A DNA stretch of 20,000 bases from an uncultured virus (IMG/VR IMGVR_UViG_3300037601_000035) (taxonomy: Duplodnaviria > Heunggongvirae > Uroviricota > Caudoviricetes): the IMG/VR virus record IMGVR_UViG_3300037601_000035; one strand, given 5' to 3'. A program made the translations under genes and the position numbers. The notes under the pieces are model-generated. The model saw only the letters and a list, made by a program, of their open reading frames with translations, did no database searches and was not told the origin of the DNA. Positions 17,780 through 20,000 of this stretch are shown here, in pieces (the stretch's first letter is position 1; every line of letters starts with the position of its first letter).

Positions 17780-17900
17780 GTTATACTGTATTTCTTATTT
17801 TAACTATAAGAAACTTCTTGGGCTGACCTTGTAACCTCAGTCATATCTCCACAAGCGTAACTTTCTGTCCAGCCGACAGTAGAATTTTTATATACAAGGT
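17760..17900 (-). ncRNA. Putative TnpB omegaRNA (reRNA) scaffold plus guide; boundaries approximate
   Basis: It overlaps the tnpB 3' end, as is typical. Hairpins are CTGTC-ggctg-GACAG (17865-17879), TGAC...GTCA (17824-17843) and TTTCTTAT-agttaaa-ATAAGAAA (17791-17813). The tail encodes the STVGWTESYACGD peptide typical of omegaRNA-overlapping tnpB ends. Confidence 0.6.
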
Positions 17901-19023
17901 TTATTCCTTGTTTTACTAGTTCACCAACGCCTTCTCGCTTTATATTACGAGCAGCATTAATGTCTCTATTAATTGTGTGTCCGCAATCACATGTATACGT
18001 TCTATCCTTTAAAGACAAATCTTCTTTAATAGTTCCGCATTCGTTACATAACTTGCTTGAAGGGAAAAATCTATCTATTTTTATAAAATGCTTGTTTTCT
18101 TTAAAACATTTCCATTCAAGAAAAGAAAGGAATTTTGACCAACTAAAATCAGAAGCAATTGTTTTAGAAATACCGGAATTAAATTTCTTTATTCCTTCAA
18201 CGTTTAAATCTTCAAATACAAAGACATCAAATTTAGAAACTAACATGTTAGCAAGGTTTCTTTGATATTCTTTCCTCTGATTCTTTATCTTTTCATGTAA
18301 TCTTGCAATCTTCAATTTTGCTTTGTTTCTGTTGTTTGAACCTTTCTTTTTCCTTGCTAGATTTCTTTGTTTCCTTTTTAGTTTATTTTGTACTTTTCTA
18401 TAGAATTTTTGGTTTTCAAATTCCATTTCTTCACTCACCATCATGTCTTTACAAGACATGTCGGCAGCAAAAATATTTGAGATGTTTATTTTATTTTTTG
18501 GCTGAGACGTAAAATCATATTCAACCAAAACTGAAGCAAAATACTTTCCAGTTGGAGTCCTAGATACCGTTACATATTTAATCTTTCCCTCAATGGTTCT
18601 AGGGTCCCTGAATTTAATGTAACCTAATTTAGGTAACTTTATCTTAGAACCTTTAGTATGAATTGCTCCTCTAATATTATTGGTTCTATAAATATTTTTT
18701 CCATGTTTAGATTTAAATTTTGGAAATCCTCTTTTATTTTTAAAGAAATTCTGGTATGCTCTATCCATATCTATAAGTGACTGCTGAAGAGCAACTGAAT
18801 CAACTTCCTTTAACCAAGAGTATTCTTCAATTTTCTTGATTTTAGTTAAATCATTTATTGAATCATACTTAGTGTACCTTTGTTTAGAATGTGCATAAAG
18901 TTCTTCTTTATAGGCTAAAGCATTATTGTAAACAAACCTCACGCAACCAAAAGTCTTATCAAGTAAAACTTTTTGTTCTTTGTTTGGATATATCCTTAAT
19001 TTATATGCTTTATTCTGCTTCAT
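17800..19023 (-). CDS. tnpB: IS200/IS605-family RNA-guided endonuclease TnpB
   Basis: N-terminal KAYKLRIYPNKEQ...FGCVRFVYN HTH, GFPKFK, IKLPKLG, RuvC-I AADMS, RuvC-II FEDLN, FPSSKLCNECG...CDCG zinc finger and RuvC-III RDINAARNI. Confidence 0.95.
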   Translation of the reverse strand: MKQNKAYKLRIYPNKEQKVLLDKTFGCVRFVYNNALAYKEELYAHSKQRYTKYDSINDLTKIKKIEEYSWLKEVDSVALQQSLIDMDRAYQNFFKNKRGFPKFKSKHGKNIYRTNNIRGAIHTKGSKIKLPKLGYIKFRDPRTIEGKIKYVTVSRTPTGKYFASVLVEYDFTSQPKNKINISNIFAADMSCKDMMVSEEMEFENQKFYRKVQNKLKRKQRNLARKKKGSNNRNKAKLKIARLHEKIKNQRKEYQRNLANMLVSKFDVFVFEDLNVEGIKKFNSGISKTIASDFSWSKFLSFLEWKCFKENKHFIKIDRFFPSSKLCNECGTIKEDLSLKDRTYTCDCGHTINRDINAARNIKREGVGELVKQGINLVYKNSTVGWTESYACGDMTEVTRSAQEVSYS

Positions 19024-19026
19024 ACT

Positions 19027-19053
19027 CTATATATATTTTGCAGAAATATATAG
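19027..19053. promoter_or_regulatory. Near-palindromic AT element (possible bidirectional promoter or left-end hairpin) immediately upstream of tnpB
   Basis: CTATATATATTTTGCAGAAATATATAG contains AAATATATA on both strands. It ends 3 nt before the tnpB ATG and 22 nt before a divergent ATG at 19076. Confidence 0.45.
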
Positions 19054-19165
19054 TTTATAAAAAACGATTAAAAAGATGACAAAATTACAAATTAAATTAG
19101 AACAACTTTTTGAAAATACCCTTGTTTCTGAAAACGGAGTATCTATTAATGAAAGTGTAAATTTA

Positions 19166-19413
19166 TTAAATATACTTAAAACTAATTTTAATATTAAATT
19201 TAAGTTTTCTTCCTTTTTCTAAAGGTCTTTTTAATTCAATAATTTCCTTACTTGTATCTTCAACGTTAAAATTAGAATCTCTTATCATATCATTTTCAAA
19301 AATATTAACATAAGTAGTTTCTATAGAATCTTTACTTAATATGTTAATACTATCGACTGAATAAAGATTCTCTAAGTCATTAAAAATTAATCTTTTTAAA
19401 CTATCTTCTATTT
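19166..19413. repeat. Direct repeat copy A (partner of 17522-17766)
   Basis: 196 of 205 nt are identical outside a central variable block. Confidence 0.95.
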
Positions 19414-20000
19414 TTGCTTCTATTGAAAGAGGATATATCCTTTCATAATAAGGAAGTATTAAAGAAAGTAATTCATCTCTTAACGCTTCTTTAACGTTTA
19501 CGTTTACTGTTAATTGTTCTTTAACTTGATTAAACGTTACGTGTTTACTTAGAATATTTAAATCAATTTCTGTAGAACTATTAATAAGTTGAGAATTAAA
19601 ATAGTTTCTATTTAATAATGGATCAAAGAATCCCGAAAGCTTTTGTTCATTTGTATTTGAATAATAAGAATACGAATCCTGATCTAAAACAGAAGAATAT
19701 AAAGTTTTTAAGTTATTTGCAAACTTCTGAGTTTTTTGATACATTGAAAATTCATTTTCTTTTACATTTTGTTTCAATTGATCGGAAGGTCCCATCTTTT
19801 TAATTAATTCTTCGTACTTAGCAAAATTTAAATGGTTCCATAAAAACTTAGTATTCAATTTATAAAAATCTATTTGAAATAATGTAGATAAATTATAATC
19901 TTCTCTTAAAGAAAAATAAGTTAATTTATCTGTCATTGGGTCGTATTCACCTTCTGCTCTAAGTAATGAAGTATTTACTTGTGCTTCTTCTAATTTAAAA
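19166..20000 (-). CDS. C-terminal part of a large gene, probably structural (5'-truncated by the window edge); ends in copy A of the duplicated segment
   Basis: The frame is open from the window edge (FKLEEAQVNTSLLRAEGEYDPMTDKL...), so ATG 19936 is internal. It is co-oriented upstream of the fibre and baseplate genes. Confidence 0.8.
   Translation of the reverse strand, partial: FKLEEAQVNTSLLRAEGEYDPMTDKLTYFSLREDYNLSTLFQIDFYKLNTKFLWNHLNFAKYEELIKKMGPSDQLKQNVKENEFSMYQKTQKFANNLKTLYSSVLDQDSYSYYSNTNEQKLSGFFDPLLNRNYFNSQLINSSTEIDLNILSKHVTFNQVKEQLTVNVNVKEALRDELLSLILPYYERIYPLSIEAKIEDSLKRLIFNDLENLYSVDSINILSKDSIETTYVNIFENDMIRDSNFNVEDTSKEIIELKRPLEKGRKLKFNIKISFKYI

Larger units (their letters stand above)
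17780..19165 (-). mobile_element. Non-autonomous tnpB-only (IS1341-like) element between the duplicated gene ends; may extend to include copy A (to about 19430)
   Basis: tnpB plus an omegaRNA-like 3' end. There is no tnpA or serine recombinase in the interval, which is unique sequence between the two ~245-bp direct repeats. Confidence 0.6.

Noticed and set aside
17780..19165. Cas12f/CRISPR locus or IStron
   Set aside because: There is no repeat-spacer array or cas1/2/4. The 142-nt left spacer is too short and AT-rich for a group I intron core, and the upstream gene already ends in its own stop.
17522..19413. Diversity-generating retroelement (TR/VR pair)
   Set aside because: The mismatches are mostly synonymous third-position changes and are not adenine-specific on either strand. 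There is no reverse transcriptase in the window.
17522..19413. Target-site duplication or terminal repeats of a transposon
   Set aside because: At about 245 bp, protein-coding and diverged, the repeat is far too long for a TSD, and IS200/IS605 elements do not make TSDs.
17526..19803. Plus-strand ORFs 17526-17717, 17960-18265, 18303-18512, 18891-19079 and 19618-19803
   Set aside because: Antisense shadows of copy B, tnpB and the large upstream gene.
1..20000. Stop-codon reassignment (alternative genetic code) as seen in some large phages
   Set aside because: Long genes are intact under code 11, and TAG/TGA act as normal stops (4082, 8892, 11435). The two breaks found are a frameshift and a TAA.

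Overview
This is very AT-rich, densely coding DNA that looks like a large (jumbo) myovirus-type phage genome. The host may be Bacteroidota, but that inference is weak. The plus-strand block (1-12058) has two paralogous AAA+ ATPases, an NAD+ salvage module and many small hypothetical or membrane genes. The NAD+ module is an NMN adenylyltransferase-Nudix enzyme with an unusual tandem Fis-like HTH tail, plus a nicotinamide phosphoribosyltransferase (NARP2-like). Two small broken genes in this block are missed by the ORF track. The convergent minus-strand block (12055-20000) is a structural operon: a baseplate wedge-like protein, a collagen-containing fibre and the C-terminus of a large gene. The most striking feature is a stand-alone tnpB (intact D-E-D, no tnpA) between two diverged ~245-bp copies of that large gene's 3' end. 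The upstream copy completes the gene. The downstream copy keeps the native spacing to the next gene and begins where the predicted omegaRNA guide should start, and its seed mismatches the resident allele. This fits, but does not prove, an RNA-guided homing cassette that enters an essential gene by supplying a recoded replacement C-terminus.
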